The notes beneath the pieces are model-generated. The model was not told the DNA's origin. It did no database searches and saw only the letters and a list, made by a program, of their open reading frames with translations. The position numbers were made by a program, and so were the translations under genes. Source: Convolutriloba macropyga (Eukaryota). Taken from it: a DNA stretch of 64,000 nt. The DNA is taken from the NCBI RefSeq assembly GCF_964194025.1, contig NC_134479.1, positions 2,356,001-2,420,000 on the forward strand. Direction: 5' to 3'. How positions within the stretch are numbered: position 1 is the stretch's first letter; each line of letters starts with the position of its first letter. Positions 13,401 to 23,914 of the stretch are shown one piece after another.

Positions 13401-14354
13401 TTCGTCCACCTCATCTGAGCAACTATTCGAAGATGCTCTTTCAGAAAGAAAGTCCGACGATTCCTCCGAGGACGCGTTCGAAAATGCAGATCAAGATAAA
13501 ACTCACTCTTCGGATGAAGAGAAAGAAAGCGAATGTGACGAAGTGGCCATGGACGAGAGACTTGACCGATCGGATGTGATGTCTGAACTGCCACTTGACG
13601 ACATGATCAGAGAGCCAGAGGTCCTGGCAGACGATGATCGCATCGCTCCAGTTGCAAAACCGATTGACGATGATGAAGATTTTGCCGAGATTGAAGAATC
13701 TGAGGAAGAGGCAATGGAAGACTTTGAACCGGTAGAACGTGAACAACTTCTGTCTTCACCCGAAGTGCCTCACAGCTTGTCCGAAAGCAGCGAGGGGGAA
13801 GTGAGTGACGATGATTTAGTGGGAAAAGAGATGCCGGAGAACGAGAAGGCATTCCTGCCTCCACATCTCTTACTGGATGCTCTGGAAAATGCAGCCAAGG
13901 TTCCAGCAGAAACCCCAGAAGAGAGAAAGCAGCCAGGAAGCAGTGCTCTGAACAGCAGCAGTGATTACAACGAACACTTCGACTTTGATGAACAGAACAA
14001 CAAACAACAACAACGAATTGGAAATTTTGCACCCATTGACACAATCAGCGAATTCCACGAGGGTCGCACAGACAGCTTGACCTGTCTTTCGAGTGGAACT
14101 TGCGACGCAGCCACATCTGCGTCTGGACTCGGAGAGGAGGCGAATAACCGTGGTCAGGTGATGATGGTTGAGGAACTGGCTGTTGGAAGGTGGGTGACTC
14201 CAGTGGACTCAGAGGCTGAGTCTCTCTCTGATTTGGAGAGATACATCTGCAAGGCCAGACAGCTCTACTCTGACTCAGAGATAGTCAACTGCTCTGACGA
14301 GAGAGTGGAAGTCACCACTTTCGAGGAGCAACTCGAGGAAAGCGACATTCAAAG
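1411..14354 (+). CDS. Giant 12,944-bp exon of titin-like protein (PEVK-like tract, 3-4 Ig domains, repeat regions)
   Basis: Uninterrupted 4315-aa ORF; acceptor ttcctttatctgttcAG at 1410 (the listed start is an acceptor-adjacent GTG); donor AAG|GTAGGT at 14354/14355, phase 2, matching the exon at 19097; Ig motifs such as PPVF..GIYQVKAVN, WYKNG..DQGSYLL.SVNEFG, WKKDG..DSGKYEC. Confidence 0.93.
2884..3225 (+). other. Divergent Ig-like domain
   Basis: ~110-aa beta-rich segment ending IYLHIKECNPETIGNFACF, resembling the I-set L.I......D.G.Y.C motif but lacking the conserved Trp. Confidence 0.45.
3226..4260 (+). other. PEVK-like (E/K/P/V/D-rich) low-complexity tract
   Basis: ~345 aa dominated by EEEP, EEKVE, KEEE; purine-rich GAA/GAG DNA. 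Confidence 0.8.
7468..7760 (+). other. I-set Ig domain
   Basis: PPVFTSPPIGEVTVNAGD...QDNCGIYQVKAVNIDGQDCSSFSLRI. Confidence 0.85.
9220..9520 (+). other. I-set Ig domain
   Basis: APPAVL...WYKNGRPL...SLLIKNCQPEDQGSYLLRSVNEFGE. Confidence 0.9.
9817..10147 (+). other. I-set Ig domain with Asn-rich loop insertion
   Basis: KPVFLSELP...WKKDGEEI...SLVILDATEDDSGKYECFV, then PQNNNNFINNNN. Confidence 0.88.
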
Positions 14355-14690
14355 GTAGGTTGGTTGTCAAAATAGGCCCAACCATCACAAAAAGAGCAGA
14401 TTGCTTTTTGTGTACCCTTATGACGGAAAAGGATGAGGACTGGCAGCGAGACAAATTTCAACTAGGACGAATTTTCACTTACTCAATGGACCCTGACAAT
14501 TAAAGAATCCTGAATGAGTATTTTAGTGTTAAACTGTCAGCTATTCGATTTAAACTTAAATTTAAAGCATCTTTTGTTATATGCCTTAAACTTTGTTTCA
14601 TTCATTGATCCCCTGCATTTGTGGTCCCGTAAGTACATTTTTTGTACCTCTGGACTACCGATTTTTTTTCTTTGATCAGTAATTTTGTGT

Positions 14691-15500
14691 TTAATAGCCG
14701 CGTCATCTTCCCAGTCGGCGTTTATTAGCTTCAATTACAATTCAAAGCATTTAATTAAATTGGGGCGCTGTATTTTTTACGACTTGAAGAGGAGTATTGG
14801 AGTTTGAGGGTTGAACAAAATTTGAGAATGGAGCCAAATGAGAGTGGTCTTTTTGCTGATACCGCTATTTTCGAGAGTAAGAAAATGGGGGCGAAAATAA
14901 GTTTTCTCTAAGCAAGCCAAATTTTTGTTGAAGAGTGTCTTTTTCAGATGTTTTTCAGAATAGCCACAAAGCGATAGCTGGGGATATTTTTGGCTTTCTC
15001 TTGATTTTTGTCATTTTGTCGTGGCACGATTTTTGTTACGAGCATATGACGTCACAAATAACTTGAAATCAGCTTTTTGTTCATTCGTTCATGAGATCTA
15101 AACTGAATTGCGTGCATGACGTCAAATTTTACTCTGAGTGAAGACTATTTTTGTTCCTTTGCATGGTTAAGTTTTTAGCCACACATGACTTACCTCACTC
15201 TCAAAAATGACTTCCTCAATCTGAAATTGTCTTTTCTTTACTTTAATTCAAGGGGATAAGGTCAAGTGAGCTGAAGGTTACTTGAGAGCAGCTAATAGAA
15301 ACAGCAATAAGTTCAAAATATTGTTAATCGAATCACACCATCTCAGCTTTTAATTAAGAGATGTTTCTTTTTTGGTCTGTCTTTTTGCTATCTTTTTGAT
15401 ACTGCAGATCTACGAATCTATTTTTTTAAATTTTTTTGTTTAAATTGACGTCTTTTGTTTAAAGGGTTTCAGCCGACTTTGGTCATAATAATCAGGTTGT
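14691..15500 (+). mobile_element. Diverged Helentron/DINE-1-like element, family A (3' end uncertain)
   Basis: Starts TTAATAGCCGC...TTACAATTCAAAG...TTGGGGCGCTGT; shares blocks with the 21535 copy (e.g. gatttttgttacga.cata..cgtcacaa). Confidence 0.5.
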
Positions 15501-17099
15501 TATGAGAGCGTATGAAAGTGTTTTGATAATTGAATTGAGTTTTCTGCTGATTTGGAGTTTGTTACCGGTTTCAGGATATTCGAGTGATCTATCGTTATTT
15601 TTTTTGTTTTTCTTTAAAAAGAGTTAAACGGACACCAATTGCTCGTGGGTAATTAGTGGTTTAATTACAAACTGATTGCAATTTTGCAGGAAAAAATAGT
15701 ATTTTAAATGAAAAATGGCAAAAATTTTAGAAATTTGTAATCTCTTTTATCTTTTTTTCACGGTTTATCTTAGTAGTAGTTTCTTCACAAGTAGGGACAT
15801 TTTTGCCACTAATATGGCTTCCACAGTATAAAGTGCGTATTTAACTTTTTCTCATTATCACAAGATAAAACCTATTGTTATTTGCAATTGTTTTATATAG
15901 AAAATTTGCCTTTTTTGTTAAATTTAGTTTTTGGCGATTTTCCCAGTTTTTTGCTTAAGATAGCTTTTCTGATTTTCGTCATTAGTTCTATCTGACAATA
16001 ATTTTTTTCAAATGGAAAGTTTTCAGTGAAGACGACTCTTCCGGTCGTTTCCGGAATTTTTGCAGTTATGTTTTTTTGGATAGGATGACACAATTTTATA
16101 ATTGTTGCAGTCAAATTGAAGTGATTATTTTGTCGCCGAAGCAGAAAGTGGAGACTAGAAGCGAGTGTGTTTGGGGCGTGATTTTTCCCCCTCTACTTTA
16201 AATTAGAGTAATAACACGAGGTTTGAAAAAATTGCTTTCTCTGTTGATTTTTCAATTATTTTGGTTAACTTGACTTCTGGTTTCACTTTTTTCGATTTTT
16301 TCTTGACTTTTTTTTCAAAATTCTTGCTTTTTCGAATCAATTGTCTAGGTGCTTATTTTTTGTTATGTCAAAAAGACATCATTGAATTGTAGTGCAGGAA
16401 TTGTCTTTCTATGTTTTTTACATCGTCAAGTAAAAACGTTACTATTTTTTGCGGCGTTTTCAACATTTTGCATGAAATATCTTTCACCTCTTTGACTCAG
16501 TTTATTTCTCCGCTCATTATACTCAATGAATTTTTTTGCAGCAGTAGCTATTAATTTCTTTGACATCAATCCCACGATCCTTTCATATCAGTTGGAAAGT
16601 TAAAGCGTGATCATTTTCCAGCAATCTGCCTGGTAGATTAATGAATAGCGGCATCAAATTCTCGGTCGGCTATTATTGCGCTCCTATTTTTTTACGCTCC
16701 AAGAAGTGGGTTGTATTGGGGCTCTGTCTTTTTTCGCACATTTTTCCAGGACTTCGATCTTCCAAAACAGGGTAAACATGTAATGCCCAGTGGGCATTAA
16801 GTTTAATTAGAGGCCTATAGCTGGCGTCAGTTGCACCTCAAGTGCGTACAGTGGTGCATCTGCTCGGAAGGCCTTACTTCAAGGTTAAACGCTCAATTTT
16901 AGTTTTTTGTCCAAAATGGTGCAATTTTCATTTTTTTTGGTCATTTTTTGAGGTTTTTTTCATCAGTCTTAAATTGGCGTTTATCAAAGTTGATAAAGGT
17001 CTTTTGCAGGACAATATTAACTTTCTTTGACCATATTGTGAGCAATGTATTTTGGTACTGCAAACATAAAAACGCAGAACGATGCTACTTTTTAAAAAA

Positions 17100-17830
17100 A
17101 AATGGTGTTATTTGGTTTAGTTTTTACAGCCCCAGGGGCTATTGCACCTCTTCTTGGGTTTAAGAACGGTTACTGCAATGTTTTTTTACGGCAATGTTTT
17201 GTCTTTAAAGATTTTATTATCACGAATTTTGGCCATTTTTTGATAAAATTTGCTCTTTTTTAATGAAGTTTTCAAGAAAATTTTGGTCGTTTTTTAAACT
17301 TATCTAGCCCCATGGGCGAGTAAACTCCTCTAAGGTTAGATAACGGGCTGATGTATAGTTGCTATGCTCAATGGAATGGTTTTCAACGTTTTAATATCAC
17401 GAATTTTTGCATGTTTTTGATTTAAAAAAATCGATGTTTATCAATCTTCATAGGCGATTAACCTTTATAGGCTTGCAAGTGGGTTACTGGATAGTTTTTG
17501 GAGTCAATTAAAGGGTTCTGAAGATGTTAGTATCACTAATATCAGCAAGATGTCAATAAAATTCGTAATTGTTTTCACTTTTTTCAACGTTATAGAATTT
17601 TTGGAGCTTTTCAATTTTTAAGGGCCAATGGAACGTTCTTAAGTCTTGCAGACGGGTTACTGAACAGATCTGAGAAACCAAAATTTGTTTTGAACTCATT
17701 AAAATTGCTAAGTTTAGAAAATTTTAATAAATTTGCTCTTCTAACTTTAGTGGCCAATAGACCCCTTTGAAGGCTTGTGCGTGGGTTAATGGGTATATCT
17801 AAGGTAATCAAAATCAGCCTTCAGGATTAA
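17100..17830. repeat. Degenerate tandem array with alternating ~175 and ~132-bp units
   Basis: GG(G)TTACTG-like anchors at 17167, 17344, 17480, 17653, 17782. Confidence 0.45.
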
Positions 17831-18264
17831 AGCCCCAATAGTTTTAGCGATAATTTTTTTGTTAGTTTGTTTGGTTATTCTAGTTTCGCTGCTTTTGAAA
17901 CTTCGTCCTTTTCGCTGGCATTGTTCAATTGATATGCTGGTCTGATACAGTAGTTCTACGTTTGTCATTCAATTCTGTGGATTGTATTTCAAGACTCGTC
18001 CTTCTATGTCTTTTTAAAACGTCGTACGAAAACAAATTTTTGTTCTACCTCCTTTTTCCGCTTTTTTTTGTCTTTTTGCATTAAATTGCGAATTTTTCGC
18101 TCATTCTGCTCAAAGAACTTTTAAACAGCAGTTGCTCAACTAATCAATCTAAAATGAACGAAGTCATAAAGAAATGAAATCAAAATTAAAAACCGGATAA
18201 ACCCAATTTTAGATGCCTGCTACTTGAACTTTTTTGTAAGTTTTAGTTACTCTCTCTTTGCTTA

Positions 18265-18693
18265 TTAATTGCTCTTGAACGCAGTTCATAGCAATTATTG
18301 TAAACGTGTGTGTCTTTTTTTTTCTGCAAAATTTTCGCTTGACGGTTTTGACTTTTTCGAGTGACTTTTACGCCCTTGACTTTTTGCATTTCGCGTGATC
18401 TAAAATTCTCTCTCAATCACAATTTCAAGCAGCTGAACTCAATTGGCGGCAATTTAATACTAAAAGTCAAATAAAAAGTGCGCCGAAACTGGTGTCATTT
18501 TTTAACTTTAAATCTTAATAGTGGTATATGTTAACCTCTAATATGGTTATTTGAAACCCACTATAGAACTTCTTAGTCCCATTTAGGCTACCCCTCCTCC
18601 CCCCCCCCCCCCCGACTGAAGCAGGCTGCAATTGATTAGAGCTCCCACTAGTCGTTCAAGAGCAATTCTTCCGACGTTTAGTCGGTTATGTTT
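18265..18693 (+). mobile_element. Helentron-associated non-autonomous element (HINE/DINE-1-like), family B
   Basis: 5' subTIR AATTGCTCTTGAACG (18267-18281) with a local inverted repeat; exact reverse complement at 18653-18667; 3' hairpin CCGAC-gttta-GTCGG; ends TTATGTTT. Confidence 0.75.
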
Positions 18694-19096
18694 GGTATTG
18701 ATACTAGCCCCTGAATCCTCCTATTAAGAAGCAGGATTATGTCTAAAAGTGATATGAAATCAAAATAGTTTAAAATGTTTTCGCACATCAATCAATTTTT
18801 TCCTTTGCTGCTGATCTGTCAATCCTAATCTGGGTTATGGAAATCAATGGCGGCTGTTGTTCGGCAGGGTATGTTTTGAGGAAGGACGATAAAAAAAAGT
18901 TCAAATGGATTCAAATTTGATTCTATCAGTTTGCCCGAAATATTTTTTTAAAACTCAGCTGCGTTCATTTGTGCTGTGTTTTGTTGCAAGTTAGCAATTT
19001 GTGAATAATTTTAATTTACTCGTTGAAAGATGCTTTGAAAATTCTGTTTGGGAATATTGAGAATTTTGTGCGATTAATATATGTGTTGGGTATTAG

Positions 19097-19352
19097 GATG
19101 ATCACACAGCCTGCGAGACCTCAGAGCTTCATCATAATAGAAGAGGAGATAGTGGAGAGGAGGACAAAGAGACACAAGAGACCTCCTCAGTTGGGAAAGA
19201 ACAAGAGTCACACTCTCCCTCCCTCCTCATTGGGGAGTGTTGTGTTCAGAGACTCAAAGAGGAGTGCCACTGTTAGAGACAGCATGAACATTGAGGTCGT
19301 CAGGAGTCTCTCTGAGGAAGAGATCCTTCGCAAACTATCAAGCAACGAAGAG
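19097..19352 (+). CDS. Titin-like gene exon
   Basis: tattAG|G acceptor completes AG+G = Arg from the giant exon; open frame of ORF 19023..19391; donor GAG|GTATGT, phase 0. Confidence 0.82.
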
Positions 19353-20018
19353 GTATGTACACCTGGCATGCATTTGTCCTATTTTGCGTAACACCCCCAG
19401 TCACCAATTGTACATTACGTCGTCTTCTTTAGAACGTGAATGTGTAAAAATAACACGCGCAATCGGCGAAGTAAAGACCGCACGGGAGGCGTAAACGTTT
19501 CATGCCCTCTAAGCTATGGAGTTGGGTGGTTGGGGGAGTGACTGGGGAGGAAGAGTAGAACAGATCTAGAATTTAAGGAAATGTTAATTCGATTCTACAG
19601 ATTACAGGCTCCTTTCTTTCACAAACTTGCCTGATACATTTGATAACAATACTTTTGTCATCATGAATGCTTGCTTACCTTTTTGTTACATTTTTTGGCG
19701 TTAATTATGTAATTATCTTATCATGGATTCTTCCTATCCTATTGTCACATCTTACAAGTGAAGTGTCTATTCAGCTGTGTTGTTTCTATCCAATAGTTTA
19801 GTCGACTTGGACGGTCGTAAGAAAAGGACAATTCAATTTTAGCTTCACGCTTCATTCTTGTTCACACTTTTTTAATCTATCGAATATATGCAAAAACTAT
19901 AATTTTGATAGTATTAACACTGGTAAGGTATGTAAATTTTTTTCTTATGATCTTTTTTATCTTTCGTAACATTTCATATCTGATCTTAGTTTGTTTGCTA
20001 AGGTTCCACAAAAAAATA

Positions 20019-20112
20019 GACTTAGTATGATAAGGAAAATATATGACTTCGTATGATTAGGAAAATATATGACTTAGTAAGATTAGGATTAAAAAACTAT
20101 ACGACTTAGTAT
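20019..20112. repeat. 26-bp minisatellite, about 3.5 copies
   Basis: GACTTAGTATGATAAGGAAAATATAT units. Confidence 0.8.
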
Positions 20113-20194
20113 ACATGAGATTTTATGCTGGCTAAAATTCTTGTATGCTGTTCATTTTGGGTTAGTATAATGTATTTATGTGTCTGTGTCTCAG

Positions 20195-20366
20195 GTATCA
20201 GAGTCTGTGGTACGCGTGGGTAGTGACAGTGGAGAAGAGGAGGAGGAAGACAGCTTCAGGACATGTGGGGAGTCTACTCCTAGTGTGAGTTACCAGACTG
20301 CGACGAGTGACAGTGTCTCTGCAGCTGCACTCCCCACTTCTGCACTCTCTGAGCCTGCTCTCAAAG
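20195..20366 (+). CDS. Titin-like gene exon (S/E-rich)
   Basis: tgtgtctcAG acceptor, phase 0; donor AAAG|GTACCA, phase 1. Confidence 0.78.
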
Positions 20367-21069
20367 GTACCACCTACTCTACCAATTAACACATCACCGG
20401 TTCAAGTCCCACCCGGGTCCATGTTTCTAGATAGCTAAGCCATGCTTACATCCGAATTTTGTTTCCTACAATTTTACTCTCTGAAAACTGTTAAAAAGTT
20501 GAAAGAGAACACCCAAATGTAAATTGTGCATAAGATAAGCCTGACATAGCTTGACAAGAAGCTCTACTTGTTCAACGTATACTTGGCTAGAGAAATGAAG
20601 CCTTGAGGAACAAGAAAAAATGTGAGAACGGGTTATAAGAGATGCCAAAGTTGGCAAGCTCAGCAACTGCTGGTGTAAAGGGTAAAGGGTACTTGACGAG
20701 TTAGTATGGGATGGTTGTTTGAATGCTGTAATGTTCCATTCTCGTAGTAGTTTCACCTGGGTAGACCCACTGACAAAAATATTAAAAACTACTTGAAATG
20801 TATATGTGTTGAATTCAACACTGGCCTATCCTTGGTCGTGTTCAGTCCTTTTTCCTTGCTTTCATGTTTATTTGTTGGTTTCCCATGTTTTGTTTCAGAT
20901 TATATTAAAAAACACATAACATCACTTCCGTTTTACATGACTTTACTTTTATCATTTTGTTAGCAATCATTAAACATGGCGCTTTACACAAATCAATAAA
21001 CAAATATGGCGACTTACATTGATTCAATGAAGAAGTTAATACTGGGCATTAACATGTGTGTTGTTGCAG

Positions 21070-21293
21070 AGGTAGGCGATGAGGGTGGAGAGCCAGAGTC
21101 AGTGTTGAGTAGTTATGTGACAGTGAGTAGTGACGTAGGAGGGGATGTTAGTCTGGATGATGTTGGGAGTATCAGTGAGTGCAGACATGCAGCCAGTGAT
21201 ACCAGTCTCCTCACCACATTCAGCGAACATGAGTCATCTCTCTCTGCTCTATCCGCCACCTCTTCCCTCTCCCCCACTGATAATGCACATCAG
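21070..21293 (+). CDS. Titin-like gene exon (S-rich), probable GC donor
   Basis: ttgttgcAG acceptor, phase 1; ends CAG|GCAAGT, phase 0, matching the exon at 23347. Confidence 0.75.
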
Positions 21294-21534
21294 GCAAGTT
21301 GCCCACTTGGGAATAAGCAATCCATAAGAAACCAAATGCAGTAATTAGACAATTTGGAGCTATTTACCAATAAAAATCCATCCGGAGAGAAAATGCAAAA
21401 AGAAAGTTAATAAAGGAAGGAAAAGTAATTAGCGAAATGGTTAAATTGCATGAACGTGTTCCAATAGATAGACAAGTAAAAGATTTTAGACATTGTTTCT
21501 GCTAATAGTCTAAGAACCAAACTATTTATGTTCA

Positions 21535-22606
21535 TTATAGCAGCGAAGCTATATTGCGGGGTTTTTTACAATTCAAAGAATTTGAGTTGTATTGGGGCGC
21601 GATCTTTTATTAAGATCTGTTCACACATTTTCATGATTTTTCAAATCAAATTGAAGTAGTTTTGCGGTGTTAAATTTTTCGCTCCAATTGTAAAATAGAG
21701 TGAGAAAATGGTGTTCGAACAAAGTCCGTTTTCTTGCAAGTGGTTTTTTGATAACATGTCCCATTTTGACATTGATTTGATTTTTTTTCAATTTTTTAAA
21801 TTTGGTTTTTCTCTAACTGGTTTTCCCAGTCCTTTCATAGTCCTCTTTAGGTCTTGTTTTTTGTTTATTCAATGAAAATTTTTCCAATTGTGTCATGACG
21901 TCTTGCGATGTGTTTTATTTAGTCGTCAAGATTTTTGTTACGACCATATTTCGTCACAATCACTTCAAATGCTTATTTTGTGCAAAGTTTCTCTGTGTTT
22001 TATCCATTTATTCTGTTAGTCAATTGTGTAGTTTTTCAAGGTTTTCATTCAATACTTTGGATTGCAGTTCAGGACTTGTCCTGGTATGTGTTTCGTTTCG
22101 TCGTCTGACGCTATTTTTCGTTTTACATTTGTTCACACAGCAAAGCTGAAAAGGTCAAAATTTCTTCGTCTCTGAATGACTTCTTCCTCTCAGTGACGGC
22201 ATTTGCGCGGGTGGCGTTATTTCTCACGCTCTCTAGCAAAATCTTTTAGGTCATTTGCGTGATTATATTTTAAACTTACGTTACTTAACTCACTCAATAA
22301 AATGACTTTTACACTTTAAAAAGTTTTAAAGTGCTTAAGTCATTTTATTGAGTGAGGTAAGTAACGTATGTTTAAACGTAAGCCTAATTTAATTTAAATC
22401 AATGACAAAGGAACTCTTGTGTGTAATAAAAGTCTCTAGTAAATAGGCTTCAGTGGAGTGAATTTTAACAATCCTTGTTAATGAATAGCTGAACGTTTTT
22501 ACATAATTTTTGACCGGCGTCGATAACTTTTTGAACTTATATCTGTTCGTATTATACGACACGCACGTCTATTTTGTAGCTGCTCCAGCAGTCTGCGGGC
22601 TATGTT
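21535..22606 (+). mobile_element. Helentron/DINE-1-like element, family A (decayed)
   Basis: Colinear with the 29179-30108 copy; starts ATAGCAGCGAAG, ends with a decayed hairpin and CTATGTT. Confidence 0.7.
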
Positions 22607-22963
22607 AAAGTGATTCTTAAAATGTAAATGTTTTGCGTTTACCTTTTAAGGCTTTAAAAAATTAAACAACAGAAATGGCAAAGCATTCTCCGCATGGTTG
22701 GATAAGGTGGTTATTGAACCACATGTAATTCAAGAACGCTTTGTCTTTCGGTTTAATCTTGTAATATATTGTCGAAAAGTGCATTTTTCAAACACGAGTT
22801 TCAACCCAAAACTATTTATCTTGGTTTTCTATTCTAAATTTCGGCTCATTACTCTAAATTTCAACCTTCTATTCCGCAGTTACAAAGGAATCACATTAAT
22901 CTCTATTCAAATCGTTGTTTAATTTGGACATTAATTAGTTGAAAGAGAAGAAACGATTTCAAA

Positions 22964-23268
22964 AGTGGCCGCCGTATTGGCCGACAGGGCGTTTAGCCGA
23001 CAACCAAAAAATGAGAAATTTAACCGACAATTTAAATAAAATGAGCAATAAAATTTATTCTGAAGCTGCGATTGGCCAATTTAGAACACTATTTCGTAAG
23101 CGGGACTTGATATGAATCTATCACAACCAAACTACTGATTTATGGACCAATGAGACTTTTATGACCAATTGAAGTAAAATTTATGACCAATTATGATAAA
23201 ACTGTCGGCTAAATTTCTCATTTTTTCCTTGTCGGCTAAACGCCCTGTCGGCCAATTTTCCTAGCACC
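22964..23268. mobile_element. MITE with ~60-bp TIRs and 9-bp TSD (Mutator-like)
   Basis: ATTGGCCGACAGGGCGTTTAGCCGACAA... and its reverse complement ending at 23256; GATTTCAAA at 22955-22963 and 23269-23277. Confidence 0.75.
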
Positions 23269-23346
23269 GATTTCAAAGTCACATATTTCTATCATTGCGA
23301 TAGATCCTTATAATAGGAAATTATCAATTGTTGTGAATTATGACAG

Positions 23347-23499
23347 GTGTCTACAGTACTGCGCAAGAACAGAGACACAGGAACTGCTTTCGATTTGCTA
23401 CCCAGAGCTAATATGCTTGATGACATGCTGTCGAGGAAAGCCAGTGACTTCAACACATTCTCAGACTTAGTCAGCAACCGAGAGGCCAAACAAATGGCG
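23347..23499 (+). CDS. Titin-like gene exon
   Basis: tgacAG|GTG acceptor, phase 0; VSTVLRKNRDTGTAFDLLPRANMLDDMLSRK...; donor GCG|GTTAGA, phase 0. Confidence 0.75.
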
Positions 23500-23549
23500 G
23501 TTAGAAAGATTGAAATATTACTATATACAAATGATTACTAGATAGAAAT

Positions 23550-23914
23550 ATTACTATATAGAAAGTAAGTAAAGTATGGTTGATTTTGATAATGGAAGGG
23601 GAAGTTAAATACATTTCTCCTGCTGTTAAAAGTGGTCATTTTTACATCCAGCTTTTATTAGGTAATTGTCACCTGCAGTTTGTTGAAGAAGACACTTGCA
23701 GTTTCTATTCAATTTAAAATTACTGTTTCATTCATTTTAAGTCATTTTAAATTGAATAGAAACGGCAAGTGTCTTCTTCAACAAACTGCAGGTGACAATT
23801 ACCTAATAAAAGTTGGATGTAAAAATGACCACTGTCAAATGCAAGAGCTAAGTATTTAACTTCCCCTTCTCTTATCAAAATAGACCATACTTCACTTACT
23901 TTCTATATTGTAAT
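23550..23914. repeat. Long foldback inverted repeat (~175-bp arms, short spacer), MITE-like
   Basis: Left arm ...GGTAATTGTCACCTGCAGTTTGTTGAAGAAGACACTTGC... pairs with right arm ...GCAAGTGTCTTCTTCAACAAACTGCAGGTGACAATTACC... Confidence 0.9.

Noticed and set aside
1399-14058. Many 60-220 aa antisense and off-frame ORFs inside the giant exon, e.g. the Phe/Leu-rich 3439..4113
   Set aside because: Expected by-products of GAA/GAG-rich coding sequence
1411-14358. Treating the 4315-aa ORF as a single-exon or prokaryotic gene
   Set aside because: It begins at a splice acceptor (GTG after AG) and the locus is clearly intron-containing
14353-14360. In-frame TAG at the end of the giant ORF as the true gene end or a Novex-3-like terminal exon
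   Set aside because: The TAG is part of the GTAG donor; phase-2 introns routinely create such stops, and downstream exons join in frame
20395-20425. B-box-like GGTTCAAGTCCC as a tRNA gene
   Set aside because: No convincing A box or cloverleaf upstream; at most a fragment
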